The notes below the pieces were generated by a model. That model ran no database searches. It was not told the DNA's origin and was given only the letters and a program-made list of their open reading frames with translations. This document shows positions 1 to 10,647 of a stretch of 64,000 nucleotides of DNA, piece by piece (position 1 is the stretch's first letter; each line of letters opens with the position of its first letter). The stretch covers positions 36,816 to 100,815 of the forward strand of contig JAYSTI010000051.1 in assembly GCA_043719805.1 (NCBI GenBank), written 5' to 3'. The DNA comes from Candidatus Lloydbacteria bacterium (GTDB lineage Bacteria > Patescibacteriota > Minisyncoccia > Phycocordibacterales > UBA6899). Both the position numbers and the translations under genes were made by a program.

Positions 1-1172
1 ATACAAAACAGCAGAATCCCATCGAGCGAAAGGCGTACGGTGTCATCGAGCGAAAGTCTGTCTCGACACCGCTTCATACCGGTATCAAGGCTATCGACGG
101 CATGGTGCCTATCGGTCGCGGGCAGCGCGAGCTCATCATTGGTGACCGCCAGACCGGAAAGACTGTTATCGCCATCGACACCATCATCAATCAATTGAAT
201 GAGCCCGCGAAGGATAGACCCATTTGTATCTATGTCGCTATTGGGCAGAAGGAGTCCAAAGTAGCGCGTATCGTGCAGCAGCTCCGTGACCGTGGCGCGA
301 TGGAATACACCATCGTCGTCTCTGCCTCTTCTTCATCGTCCGCAGCACTCCAGTTTTTGGCGCCATTTGCAGGTGCTGCTATCGGAGAATATTTTATGGA
401 CGCCGGAAAGGACGCGCTCGTCATCTACGATGACCTTTCAAAACATGCCGTTGCATATCGCCAAATGTCGCTCCTCCTTCGCCGTCCACCGGGACGTGAA
501 GCCTATCCCGGAGACATTTTTTATCTTCACTCTCGCTTGCTCGAGCGTGCGGCACGCCTTTCCGACAAAATGGGCGGAGGGTCACTCACCGCACTTCCGA
601 TCATCGAAACTCAGGAGAACGATGTGTCCGCATATATTCCGACGAACGTTATCTCTATTACCGATGGACAGATTTATCTCGAAACCGATCTTTTCAACAA
701 AGGCATTCGCCCCGCAATCAACGTCGGAGTCTCAGTTTCCCGCGTTGGTTCGTCCGCACAGACAAAGGCAATGAAGAAAGTCGCAGGAAAGCTCCGTCTC
801 GAACTCGCGCAGTTTAGAGAGCTCGAAGCATTCGTACAATTCTCCTCAGACCTCGACGACGACACCAAGCGCCGTATTGAGAAGGGTAAGCTCATGGTGG
901 AAATTTTGAAGCAGGACAAGGCAGTCCCGATGCCGTTTGAAAGACAAGTCGCAATGATTTACCTCGCAGGCTCCGGCGTCTTTGACGATGCCGACAAGAC
1001 TCGCGTTGCAGAACTTGAAAAGGGCTTCTTCCTATTGTGTGAATCGCAATATGCAGAAGTGCTCGGTGTCATCGCGGCATCAGGAGAACTCTCCGACGTG
1101 TCACAGGCATCTCTCAAAGAAGCCGCCGCCGCATTTAAGGCAAAGCAGCCCGAGTTGTTCACCGACGCATAA
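1..1172 (+). CDS. atpA: F0F1 ATP synthase alpha subunit, 5' partial (continues upstream of window)
   Basis: Frame open from base 3; translation ...[32 protein letters not shown] (Walker A) ... typical alpha subunit; stop TAA at 1170-1172. Confidence 0.95.
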   Translation, partial: TKQQNPIERKAYGVIERKSVSTPLHTGIKAIDGMVPIGRGQRELIIGDRQTGKTVIAIDTIINQLNEPAKDRPICIYVAIGQKESKVARIVQQLRDRGAMEYTIVVSASSSSSAALQFLAPFAGAAIGEYFMDAGKDALVIYDDLSKHAVAYRQMSLLLRRPPGREAYPGDIFYLHSRLLERAARLSDKMGGGSLTALPIIETQENDVSAYIPTNVISITDGQIYLETDLFNKGIRPAINVGVSVSRVGSSAQTKAMKKVAGKLRLELAQFRELEAFVQFSSDLDDDTKRRIEKGKLMVEILKQDKAVPMPFERQVAMIYLAGSGVFDDADKTRVAELEKGFFLLCESQYAEVLGVIAASGELSDVSQASLKEAAAAFKAKQPELFTDA

Positions 1173-1175
1173 CAC

Positions 1176-2111
1176 ATGTCACTCAAAGCCGTAAAATCTA
1201 AAATAAAGTCGATCGACAAGACCCGCCAAGTCACGAAGGCAATGGAGGCGGTTTCGGCTGTGAAAATGCGCAAGAGCCAAGCGAGTGCAATTGGTGTTCG
1301 CCCGTACGCACTTTCGGCGCTTAAAATCCTCCGTAGTATTTCAGGCTCTATCGAGGCGACCAATCATCCGCTTGCAACAGTCCGCCCGATAAGGCGTACA
1401 TGCCTCATCATCATTTCCGGCGACAAGGGATTGGCGGGTAGCTACGGCTCGTCACTTCTCAAGCAGGTGTATAAGTTCATGGAGGAAAAGAAACTGACCA
1501 ACGAGAACACGAGCCTTATTTGTGTCGGTAAAAAAGCATATGAACATTTCAGCAAGCGCGGCTTTGAAGTCATAGCGCATTACGAAAAATGGAGCGATGC
1601 CATAAACTTCACCAACGTTGAGCCGCTCGCGAAAGAGGCAAAGAATCAGTTCGAGACCGGCCGTGCAGATCAGGTGTTCATCGTCTATACGAATTTTATT
1701 TCAACAATTATTCAACTCGTGTACGCGCGTCAACTTCTCCCTGTAACATATAAAGGTGTCGAAGATGTCGTTCGCGGCATAACTCCTGCGAAAGGAAAAT
1801 TTTCCGAAGTGGGACGCGATATCGACGCGAAAGATCCCGTTCGGGAATATTGCTTTGAGCCAAGCGCGGAATCCGTCCTTTCCCACTTGATTCCTACGCT
1901 ATTTAATGTACAAATATACCATTCCGTACTTGAGGCAAATGCATCCGAACATTCCGCTCGCATGATAGCCATGAAAAATGCCTCGGATAATGCAAAAGAA
2001 ATATCGCGAAGCCTAAAACTTCATTATAATAAAGTGCGGCAGTCGGCGATTACGAGAGAGGTTTCAGAAATCGTAGGAGGCATGGAGTCGATGAAAGTTG
2101 TAGATGCATAA
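1176..2111 (+). CDS. atpG: F0F1 ATP synthase gamma subunit
   Basis: MSLKAVKSKIKSIDKTRQVTKAMEAVSAVKMRK N-terminus and C-terminal helix typical of gamma; position between alpha and beta. Confidence 0.9.
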   Translation: MSLKAVKSKIKSIDKTRQVTKAMEAVSAVKMRKSQASAIGVRPYALSALKILRSISGSIEATNHPLATVRPIRRTCLIIISGDKGLAGSYGSSLLKQVYKFMEEKKLTNENTSLICVGKKAYEHFSKRGFEVIAHYEKWSDAINFTNVEPLAKEAKNQFETGRADQVFIVYTNFISTIIQLVYARQLLPVTYKGVEDVVRGITPAKGKFSEVGRDIDAKDPVREYCFEPSAESVLSHLIPTLFNVQIYHSVLEANASEHSARMIAMKNASDNAKEISRSLKLHYNKVRQSAITREVSEIVGGMESMKVVDA

Positions 2112-2135
2112 ACATATTAATAATAAAAAATAGAT

Positions 2136-3931
<1,796 letters not shown>

Positions 3932-4069
3932 TGTTTAATTTCGCGAATAATGAAAGCCTAAGGTCATTCTTTAGCCTTGGAAGGTGTGACCTTGAAGAAG
4001 TTGGCTTTCGCAACAAAGACTCGACCTCGCTCATTATCGAAATATATACACTAAGTTGGAAGCAAAAAT

Positions 4070-4303
4070 ATGAAACTCACCATCGCAAAAATAGACAAAA
4101 TACTTTGGTCCGGAGAAGCGGAGTCTGTCTCAGTGCCCGGCACCGACGGCATGATGACCATCCTTAGTCATCACATGCCACTTATCACTACGCTTGAAAA
4201 AGGGGAAATACGTGTGAAAACAAAGGAGGGAGGACTAGAGTCATTCCCTATCGAAAAAGGCATGCTCGAAGTCAACAAAGAGGAAACTGTCATCCTCGTC
4301 TAA
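4070..4303 (+). CDS. atpC: ATP synthase epsilon subunit, short form (beta-sandwich only, no C-terminal helical hairpin)
   Basis: MKLTIAKIDKILWSGEAESVSVPGTDGMMTILSHHMPLIT... epsilon N-domain; only 77 aa. Confidence 0.8.
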   Translation: MKLTIAKIDKILWSGEAESVSVPGTDGMMTILSHHMPLITTLEKGEIRVKTKEGGLESFPIEKGMLEVNKEETVILV

Positions 4304-4407
4304 TCTAAACTGCAGAGGTCCGTCCTCTCTAGTTTTTGGTTAAGTTGCTCTTGCATAATGCGGCGTTTTGCGGTAAAACTTTCATATTAATATTTTTTTA
4401 AAGCTTT

Positions 4408-4980
4408 ATGAATAAAAAGATACTTGTATCGGCGACAATGTTCGCGCTTGTGCTCGCGTATGTGCTACCGTTTTCAGTCAACGTCGGCCACATGCCCGAG
4501 GCATCAGCTGCGCAGTCAGACTATTTACTTGAACTCGACGGGATTGACGGAGAGTCAACTATCGAAGGTAAGGAAAAGCAGATGCAGATCGAAAGTTGGA
4601 GTTTTGGCGCATCAAACCCCACATCGGTAGGGAGTAGTGGTATGTCAGGAGGCAAAGTCTCGTTTCAGGACTTTCACTTCACCAAGCAAGTAGGCAAGGC
4701 TTCCCCGAAGCTCTTACTCGCGTGTGCAAGTGGTAAGCATATTCCTAAGGCAACACTTTCTGTTTTGCGCCCCGGTGCAGACCGTTCGATGATGTACATC
4801 AAGTACACATTTACAGACATCATGGTCACTTCCTGTAAGCAGTCTGCAGACCCGCTTATGGAATCAATCTCGTTTAATTATACAAAGATCGAGATGTCAT
4901 ACACCCCAATGACAAGCAGCGGCACCGCAGGTACGGCGGTTACAGCAGGGTGGGACCTCGGAAAGGGCAAGGCACTCTAG
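4408..4980 (+). CDS. Hcp-like (Hcp1/TssD family fold) protein with N-terminal Sec signal peptide
   Basis: Signal-peptide-like N-terminus MNKKILVSATMFALVLAYVL...SAAQS. Then the Hcp core pattern: LELDGIDGES..., ...SWSFG..., GGKVSFQDFHFTK, ASPKLLLACASGKHIPKATL..., ...TAGWDLGKGK. Confidence 0.6.
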   Translation: MNKKILVSATMFALVLAYVLPFSVNVGHMPEASAAQSDYLLELDGIDGESTIEGKEKQMQIESWSFGASNPTSVGSSGMSGGKVSFQDFHFTKQVGKASPKLLLACASGKHIPKATLSVLRPGADRSMMYIKYTFTDIMVTSCKQSADPLMESISFNYTKIEMSYTPMTSSGTAGTAVTAGWDLGKGKAL

Positions 4981-5002
4981 AAGTTTGCGGAAAATTTGAG
5001 TC

Positions 5003-5046
5003 AAAAACCCCCCTAGATTCTACCTCAGATTTTAGGGGTTTTTTGA
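5003..5046 (+). terminator. rho-independent terminator after Hcp-like gene
   Basis: aaaaacccccctag...ttttaggggtttttt GC stem flanked by A-tract and T-tract. Confidence 0.4.
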
Positions 5047-5122
5047 ACCAGAAAATACATTTTATCCAAGGGTACCTCTTGAAAATTTGGAGATACATAC
5101 AAGTTTCCCACAGGATATTCAT

Positions 5123-5160
5123 GAAATGTGCTTGCCAAGATGCACATTTTCTGCTATATT
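5123..5160 (+). promoter_or_regulatory. candidate sigma70-type promoter overlapped by an inverted repeat (possible operator)
   Basis: TTGCCA (5132-5137), 17-nt spacer, TATATT (5155-5160). Palindrome GAAATGTGC...GCACATTTTC (5123-5151) overlaps the -35 and spacer. Confidence 0.35.
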
Positions 5161-5294
5161 CCTCGCAAGTTCATTTCTATAAGGATTTTTGGAGGAAACG
5201 AACCGAGATCTCAAGCGCATAAATGCGTTTATGGTTTCTCTTATTTTGATTATCAAACCCGGCGCAATTCCGGAAATAAATTTAATAACAATAC

Positions 5295-8200
5295 ATGACC
5301 AAGTCATTATTTGTATCGTCAGGTTATCGCACAACGCTTCGTAAGCTTGCTGCGGGTTTTCTCATGCTCTCAATCAACCTCACCGGAGGCCTCGGAGCAC
5401 TTTTTTTAACAACCGAGGTTGCGTATGCAGTAGATGCTCGCCCGGACCTTACAATTACGAAAACACACGAAGGAAATACGTACCTTAATGGGAGTTTCAA
5501 ATGGAAACTCCGTGTGGCAAATGTTGGAAATGCAGATGCTGTTTTCGGTAAAAACAACACGCTACTCCATGACAACATGCCGAGCGTTGGTGTTAATGAT
5601 TATGGCTCACCAACCTACACCACTTCATCGGGAGTATCAGTGATTGGGTCTATTTCTTGTACTCAAGGTGGAAGTGACAATGAAAATTTAACTTGCAAAG
5701 TTAGTAACACAAATGGTGATAGCGTAAGAATGGCACCAAGCAGCTTTTTTGATGTATTTGTAGATGTGAATCCGAACTCCGTAGGAACACTCACAAATCC
5801 ACGCTCACAGGGAATCTGTGTTGTGGACAAAGCTAATTCGAGTGGAGATAGTATTGTAGATGAGTCAAACGAGAATAATAATACTTGCTCCAACAGCGTA
5901 ACGGTAATAAATTCACCAAAGACATTGGAGGTAACAAAGACTGGCAGCACGGGACTGGGCACTGTCTCAGCAACGGGTATCAACTGTGATGTTGCCAATA
6001 CAGACTGCTCAGAAACATACACGCACGGAACAAACGTTACGCTTTCTGCGGTCGCTGCTGTCGGCTCAACATTTACAGGATGGTCAGGTTCTGGTTGTTC
6101 AGGCATCAACCTCTGCTTCGTTTCGATGACAGCTGCAAAGACGGTCAACGCGACATTTACACTCAATTCGTATTTGCTCACTGCTGCTAAAATCGGCAAT
6201 GGATCAGGTGCTGTTTCCTCCAATCCTGCGGGCATAAATTTTGGTGACGACTCCTCTGAGTCGTACACTCACGGCACGGCAATCGTCATGACCGCTACTC
6301 CTGCTACTGGTTCTACCTTTGCAGGTTGGTCAGGAGGTGGATGCACAGGCACAGGCAGTACATGCACCGTGACACTTACGGCAGCAACGACGGTCACTGC
6401 ATCCTTTACTCTAAATAGCTACGGTGTCACTGCAGCAAAAGCTGGCAATGGTGACGGAACAATAACCTCAACCCCCGCAGGTATTAACTGCGGTACAGCT
6501 TGTAATGAAATATTTAGTTTCGGAGCCCTTGTCACACTTTCTGCTTCATCGATGACTGGTTCAACATTCGCTGGCTGGTCAGGAGGCGTATGTTCGGGTG
6601 CAATCTGCTCCTTTATTGTTGATGCAGCAAAGTCCGTTATTGGAACTTTCACGCTTAATACGCACACGCTCAATGTTGGTACAGTAGGACTCGGCTCAGT
6701 GTCCTCAAGTCCCGGACTGGGTATTTCTTGCCCTGGTGTCTGCATGGAAAGCTATGCACACGGCACTGACGTTACCCTCATCCCAACACCAAGCACGGGC
6801 TACGCATTCTTCGGATGGAGCGGCGCATGCACTGGAAGCGGTAGTTGCGTCGTTGACATGACAGAAGCAAGAGAAGTTGTCGCGACATTCTCTGCAATTC
6901 CTGCTGAGCCTTGCCCTTCGGGAACAACTGGACCAGGCGTACCAAATTGTGCACCAATTCCCCCACAATCGTGTGAGGAAAACACTTCGACAATGACCCG
7001 TGTTTCAAGTACGACAGATGTGACGGTGGGTACACCAACTGGCGGGGCCGCAGTTGCAGTAGGATTCATTCATAGCGAATGGACAGCTTCAATCCCCGGT
7101 GCAACTTGGATATGGAGTGAAAGCCCCGTCAGCAATATCGCAGTTGACCACATCGAGTCATTCTTTGATGTCTTCACAGTTGCAGGGACTCCAACAGGAG
7201 GTACGCTTACGGTAGCTGGTGATAATTCATTCGAGGTATATCTCAATGGCACGCAGATTTTACAGGACTCTTCAGGTACAACATTTGGCTCTGCAGTCTC
7301 TACTTCTACAGGTGTGTCACTTGTGGGCGGTCAGAATACACTTGAGTTCCGTGTAAAAAATTGGGGAGTAGGTAGTACACAAGCTAACCCCGCAGGACTT
7401 CTCTATAGCCTTACCGTAAACAAAAATGCTTGTGTGCCGGTAGTAGCTCCAGTCTGCGAGCAACAGGTTAATCTCATAGAAAACGGAGGATTTGAGGTAC
7501 CCACAGTTTTATCTTGGGAGATCATCCCGTTCACTAATGCTGCGCTCAAGTGGCTTGGTGCATTTGTTACCCCGGGCGGCCTAGGCAGATTTGGCCTCGA
7601 ACTTCAAGCGGGCGTGGCAGGTGCACCGCATAATGGCAGTGCGCAGCTTGCTGAACTCGATGGTGATCATCCCACACGCATCTATCAGGATGTCGCCACT
7701 ATCCCTGGCAATGACTATTCATTGACTTACTTCTTCTCGCCGCGCCCTGATACGCCTATCTCCGAGAATATTCTTGAGGTAGCGGTTGGGGGTACAGTTA
7801 TTGATACGCATACTGGGACTACCTCGGGAAACACTGTTTGGACACCGCACACCAAAACTTTTGTTGCAACGGCAACAGTCACGCGCGTCGCATTTGCCGA
7901 TATTGGCAATGACGACAGCGGTTCAACTGGTGGCCTCGGTTCATACCTCGACGACGTGAAGTTCAGCTGTGTTGGCGTGCACGTACCAAAGGCAACTGTT
8001 GTTGCAACAAAGATTGTTTGTGACGCTGAGTCCTATCTTCCGGACTGGAGTGGGCAGTCGCACGTGATTGGCGCAACAACAGCAGCGGACTTTGTCGCAG
8101 CAAGCGGCGGCAAGTGCCGCATCGCCCCTGAATGGAAGTTCCAGTGGTCTCCGACCTCAGCAGGGAACCCGGGGGACAATGTCACCGGGGAAGTTTCCGG

Positions 8201-9452
8201 TTGGACTACATTTACGTCTTCTGCGGTCATCACACTTGGTAGTATGACCAGCGTCTGGGTCCGTGAGGTCTATGATGCTGCGTACGTCGCGTTCGCCGGT
8301 ATCACCAACACTAATCCGGTGGTGAGCGCAGAAATGTACTGTAATGGTGATGTGTATCACTATGACAACCTCGACTATGCAAACGGCCTCACTGATGGTG
8401 GAACCGTCTACTGTGTCGCATTCAACGCACTGAAGCCCGTGGCTGATACCTCTATGTCCGTCACCGTCATAAAGCATGTCATCAATAACAACGGCGGAAC
8501 AAAGGATGCGGAGGACTTCACACTTCACATACGACAGCCGGCTGTTGACATGTGCACCAATGTAGATGGCATGCAGGAGACCGTACCCGTGGAGATGTAT
8601 CGAGAAGGTGGAATGTGTTTCCCGTATAGTCAAAATACGCTCAATACTATCTTCGACTGGTTCTCTGTAAAGACTGCTTACGCAATGCCAATAATGCAGG
8701 TACTCTTTTCACCACAGACATTCCAAGGAAGCGAAGGGGGAACCATGGTCTCCGTTGCTTACGAAACCGACTATGTCGTGACTGAAGACGCTGATGCACT
8801 GTACACCACAACCTATAGTGCTGATTGTACCGGTCATGTTTCTCCAGGACAGCACAAGACATGTACGGTGACAAACAACGATATAGCTCCTGTTGTGTCA
8901 CCACCAGGCGGTGGCGGTGGAAGCTCGACGTTTGACTATTGGGGTTGTACCAATCCTTCCGCATCAAACTTCAATGCGCTTGCAAATCGTGATGATAATT
9001 CCTGCAAGATCGGCGGAGGCAATGGCGGAGGATCTGAAATCCCGCCTCTAGCTCCTCAGGGTGAAGTCTTGGGTGCATCCACTGCGGAGCCTGAGCTCCC
9101 ACTTCCTGCAGGTTGCTCCGCGTACATTCTTACTTACCAGAAATTGGGCAGGAAGAATGATGTTGAGGATGTGAAGCGCCTCCAGACATTCTTGAACGAG
9201 AGCATGAGTGCAAATCTCCCTGTGTCCGGACTCTTTGGCTCAATGACGAAATCCTGGGTCAAGAAATTCCAGAAGGCGCATAGTGCCGAAATCATTCAGC
9301 CTTGGATTGACGCAGGTCACGACATGAGTGGTCTCAAAGATGGTTCAGGTGTCGTCTACAAGACGACAAAGCGCGCGATCAATATTGCAAAGTGTGCAAC
9401 GCTGAACGAGCCAATGCCTGACCTTGCGAACGACGGCGGAATGACAAATTAA
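5295..9452 (+). CDS. 1385-aa secreted/cell-surface protein with five modules: N-terminal signal/anchor, DUF11/CARDB-like domain, four InlB-B-repeat-like modules, beta-sandwich region, C-terminal peptidoglycan-binding-like domain
   Basis: Hydrophobic N-terminus. RPDLTITKTHEGNTY...RVANVGNADA (DUF11/CARDB-like). Four ~83-aa repeats of the form G.G.V...P.GI.C...C...Y.HGT.VTL.A.P..GSTF.GWSG..C.G...C.V.M. NGGFEVP jelly-roll-like segment. C-terminal LQTFLNE...VSGLFGSMTKSWVKKFQKAH resembling PG_binding_1. Confidence 0.8.
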   Translation: MTKSLFVSSGYRTTLRKLAAGFLMLSINLTGGLGALFLTTEVAYAVDARPDLTITKTHEGNTYLNGSFKWKLRVANVGNADAVFGKNNTLLHDNMPSVGVNDYGSPTYTTSSGVSVIGSISCTQGGSDNENLTCKVSNTNGDSVRMAPSSFFDVFVDVNPNSVGTLTNPRSQGICVVDKANSSGDSIVDESNENNNTCSNSVTVINSPKTLEVTKTGSTGLGTVSATGINCDVANTDCSETYTHGTNVTLSAVAAVGSTFTGWSGSGCSGINLCFVSMTAAKTVNATFTLNSYLLTAAKIGNGSGAVSSNPAGINFGDDSSESYTHGTAIVMTATPATGSTFAGWSGGGCTGTGSTCTVTLTAATTVTASFTLNSYGVTAAKAGNGDGTITSTPAGINCGTACNEIFSFGALVTLSASSMTGSTFAGWSGGVCSGAICSFIVDAAKSVIGTFTLNTHTLNVGTVGLGSVSSSPGLGISCPGVCMESYAHGTDVTLIPTPSTGYAFFGWSGACTGSGSCVVDMTEAREVVATFSAIPAEPCPSGTTGPGVPNCAPIPPQSCEENTSTMTRVSSTTDVTVGTPTGGAAVAVGFIHSEWTASIPGATWIWSESPVSNIAVDHIESFFDVFTVAGTPTGGTLTVAGDNSFEVYLNGTQILQDSSGTTFGSAVSTSTGVSLVGGQNTLEFRVKNWGVGSTQANPAGLLYSLTVNKNACVPVVAPVCEQQVNLIENGGFEVPTVLSWEIIPFTNAALKWLGAFVTPGGLGRFGLELQAGVAGAPHNGSAQLAELDGDHPTRIYQDVATIPGNDYSLTYFFSPRPDTPISENILEVAVGGTVIDTHTGTTSGNTVWTPHTKTFVATATVTRVAFADIGNDDSGSTGGLGSYLDDVKFSCVGVHVPKATVVATKIVCDAESYLPDWSGQSHVIGATTAADFVAASGGKCRIAPEWKFQWSPTSAGNPGDNVTGEVSGWTTFTSSAVITLGSMTSVWVREVYDAAYVAFAGITNTNPVVSAEMYCNGDVYHYDNLDYANGLTDGGTVYCVAFNALKPVADTSMSVTVIKHVINNNGGTKDAEDFTLHIRQPAVDMCTNVDGMQETVPVEMYREGGMCFPYSQNTLNTIFDWFSVKTAYAMPIMQVLFSPQTFQGSEGGTMVSVAYETDYVVTEDADALYTTTYSADCTGHVSPGQHKTCTVTNNDIAPVVSPPGGGGGSSTFDYWGCTNPSASNFNALANRDDNSCKIGGGNGGGSEIPPLAPQGEVLGASTAEPELPLPAGCSAYILTYQKLGRKNDVEDVKRLQTFLNESMSANLPVSGLFGSMTKSWVKKFQKAHSAEIIQPWIDAGHDMSGLKDGSGVVYKTTKRAINIAKCATLNEPMPDLANDGGMTN
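5922..6915 (+). repeat. four tandem InlB B-repeat-like protein modules (divergent at DNA level) inside the large surface protein gene
   Basis: Repeats begin TLEVTKTGSTG / LLTAAKIGNGSG / GVTAAKAGNGDG / TLNVGTVGLGS, each containing GWSG and paired Cys. Confidence 0.6.
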
Positions 9453-9474
9453 GACTCATTTCACCTTATGCAAT

Positions 9475-9500
9475 AAACCCCTCAATCTGAGGGTTTTTTG
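9475..9500 (+). terminator. rho-independent terminator after surface protein gene
   Basis: aaacccctcaatctgagggtttttt. Confidence 0.5.
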
Positions 9501-9554
9501 CTTACCCGCAAAACATTAGTTGTGCTATTTACAAATCTGTGATATAGTTTTTCA

Positions 9555-10619
9555 ATGATTAAGTGGACAAAAAGACACTTCATTCCGACAAGTGAAAATC
9601 AGTTCCAGCCGCACTTCTTGCGTCTCAAGGTGGCGCTCTCCATCTTTCTTCTCGTCGTAACCATTGAGGCAACGTACCTTCTTGCAACAATAGCGCTCCT
9701 GCCTAGGAGTGAGCAGTTTGCAGCAATTTTTGCAGCCGTACTTATCGATCAGACTAATCAAGTACGACAAACCGACAGCCTGAGCACACTGCGTACCAAT
9801 CCTCTCTTGGAGAATGCGGCGCGCATGAAGGCCGAAGACATGGCTGCTAAGGGATACTTTGCGCATAATGCTCCGGACGGTAAAACCCCCTGGTACTGGT
9901 TCGACATAGCGGGATATGACTACGCAGCGGCGGGGGAGAATCTTGCCGTAAATTTTACCGACTCAAAAGACGTGACGGAAGCGTGGATGCGCTCACCGGG
10001 GCATCGCGCAAACATCATGAGCGGAAATTATACTGAGATAGGCGTTGCAACCGCCGCAGGCACCTACAAAGGGAAGCCCGCTATTTTTGTTGTGCAAGCA
10101 TTCGGCCGACCTTCCATCATTGCGCGACAGATCGAGCAGACATCCTCGACGGTGGCATCATTGACCGCACTTATCACCGGCAGTAATGCGCCTACTGTAA
10201 AGGCCGTACCGTCGGCCCTCGTCATAAAAACTGTTCCACCGCCACTCGCTGTGCCCGTAATGCGGATTCCGCAGGTGACCCCGGTGTCGCGCGAGGCGAA
10301 CATTCCGACCACAACCACCGTCGCCGGAGCAGAAACTGCAAAGCTTGATGCAGGAAATATTGTTGTCGCTTCTGCGGCTCCGGTCGTTGCAGCCCAGCCC
10401 TCGCAAGTCGCAAGGATTATCGCTTCCCCGCGCAGTATGACGACGACAATCTTCCTTATTTTCGGTGCACTTTTGTCGCTCGCACTAGGACTAGCGATAT
10501 TCATCAAGATACGTATTCAGCATCCGCACATAATCGCCAATGGCGTCTTGCTCATCGCCATTATGATTTCACTCACGATGATAAATGCCATACTTATGGC
10601 GTCACGCGGTGCAATATAG
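9555..10619 (+). CDS. membrane-anchored CAP/SCP/PR-1 (YkwD-like) domain protein
   Basis: N-terminal TM; CAP core AEDMAAKGYFAHNAPDGKTPWYWFD...GENLAVNF...EAWMRSPGHRANIMSGNYTEIGVA; Pro/Ala/Val-rich linker; C-terminal TM helices. Confidence 0.75.
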   Translation: MIKWTKRHFIPTSENQFQPHFLRLKVALSIFLLVVTIEATYLLATIALLPRSEQFAAIFAAVLIDQTNQVRQTDSLSTLRTNPLLENAARMKAEDMAAKGYFAHNAPDGKTPWYWFDIAGYDYAAAGENLAVNFTDSKDVTEAWMRSPGHRANIMSGNYTEIGVATAAGTYKGKPAIFVVQAFGRPSIIARQIEQTSSTVASLTALITGSNAPTVKAVPSALVIKTVPPPLAVPVMRIPQVTPVSREANIPTTTTVAGAETAKLDAGNIVVASAAPVVAAQPSQVARIIASPRSMTTTIFLIFGALLSLALGLAIFIKIRIQHPHIIANGVLLIAIMISLTMINAILMASRGAI

Positions 10620-10647
10620 GTCTTGAGTTATTCAAATAATAAATTTT

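Noticed and set aside
5663-6268. 201-aa minus-strand ORF (also 6419-6745, 6705-7069, 8157-8633) inside the large surface protein gene
   Set aside because: Antisense to a well-supported 1385-aa CDS with recognisable domains; Ala/Val/Thr-rich translation typical of antisense of Gly/Thr-rich repeats; no motifs
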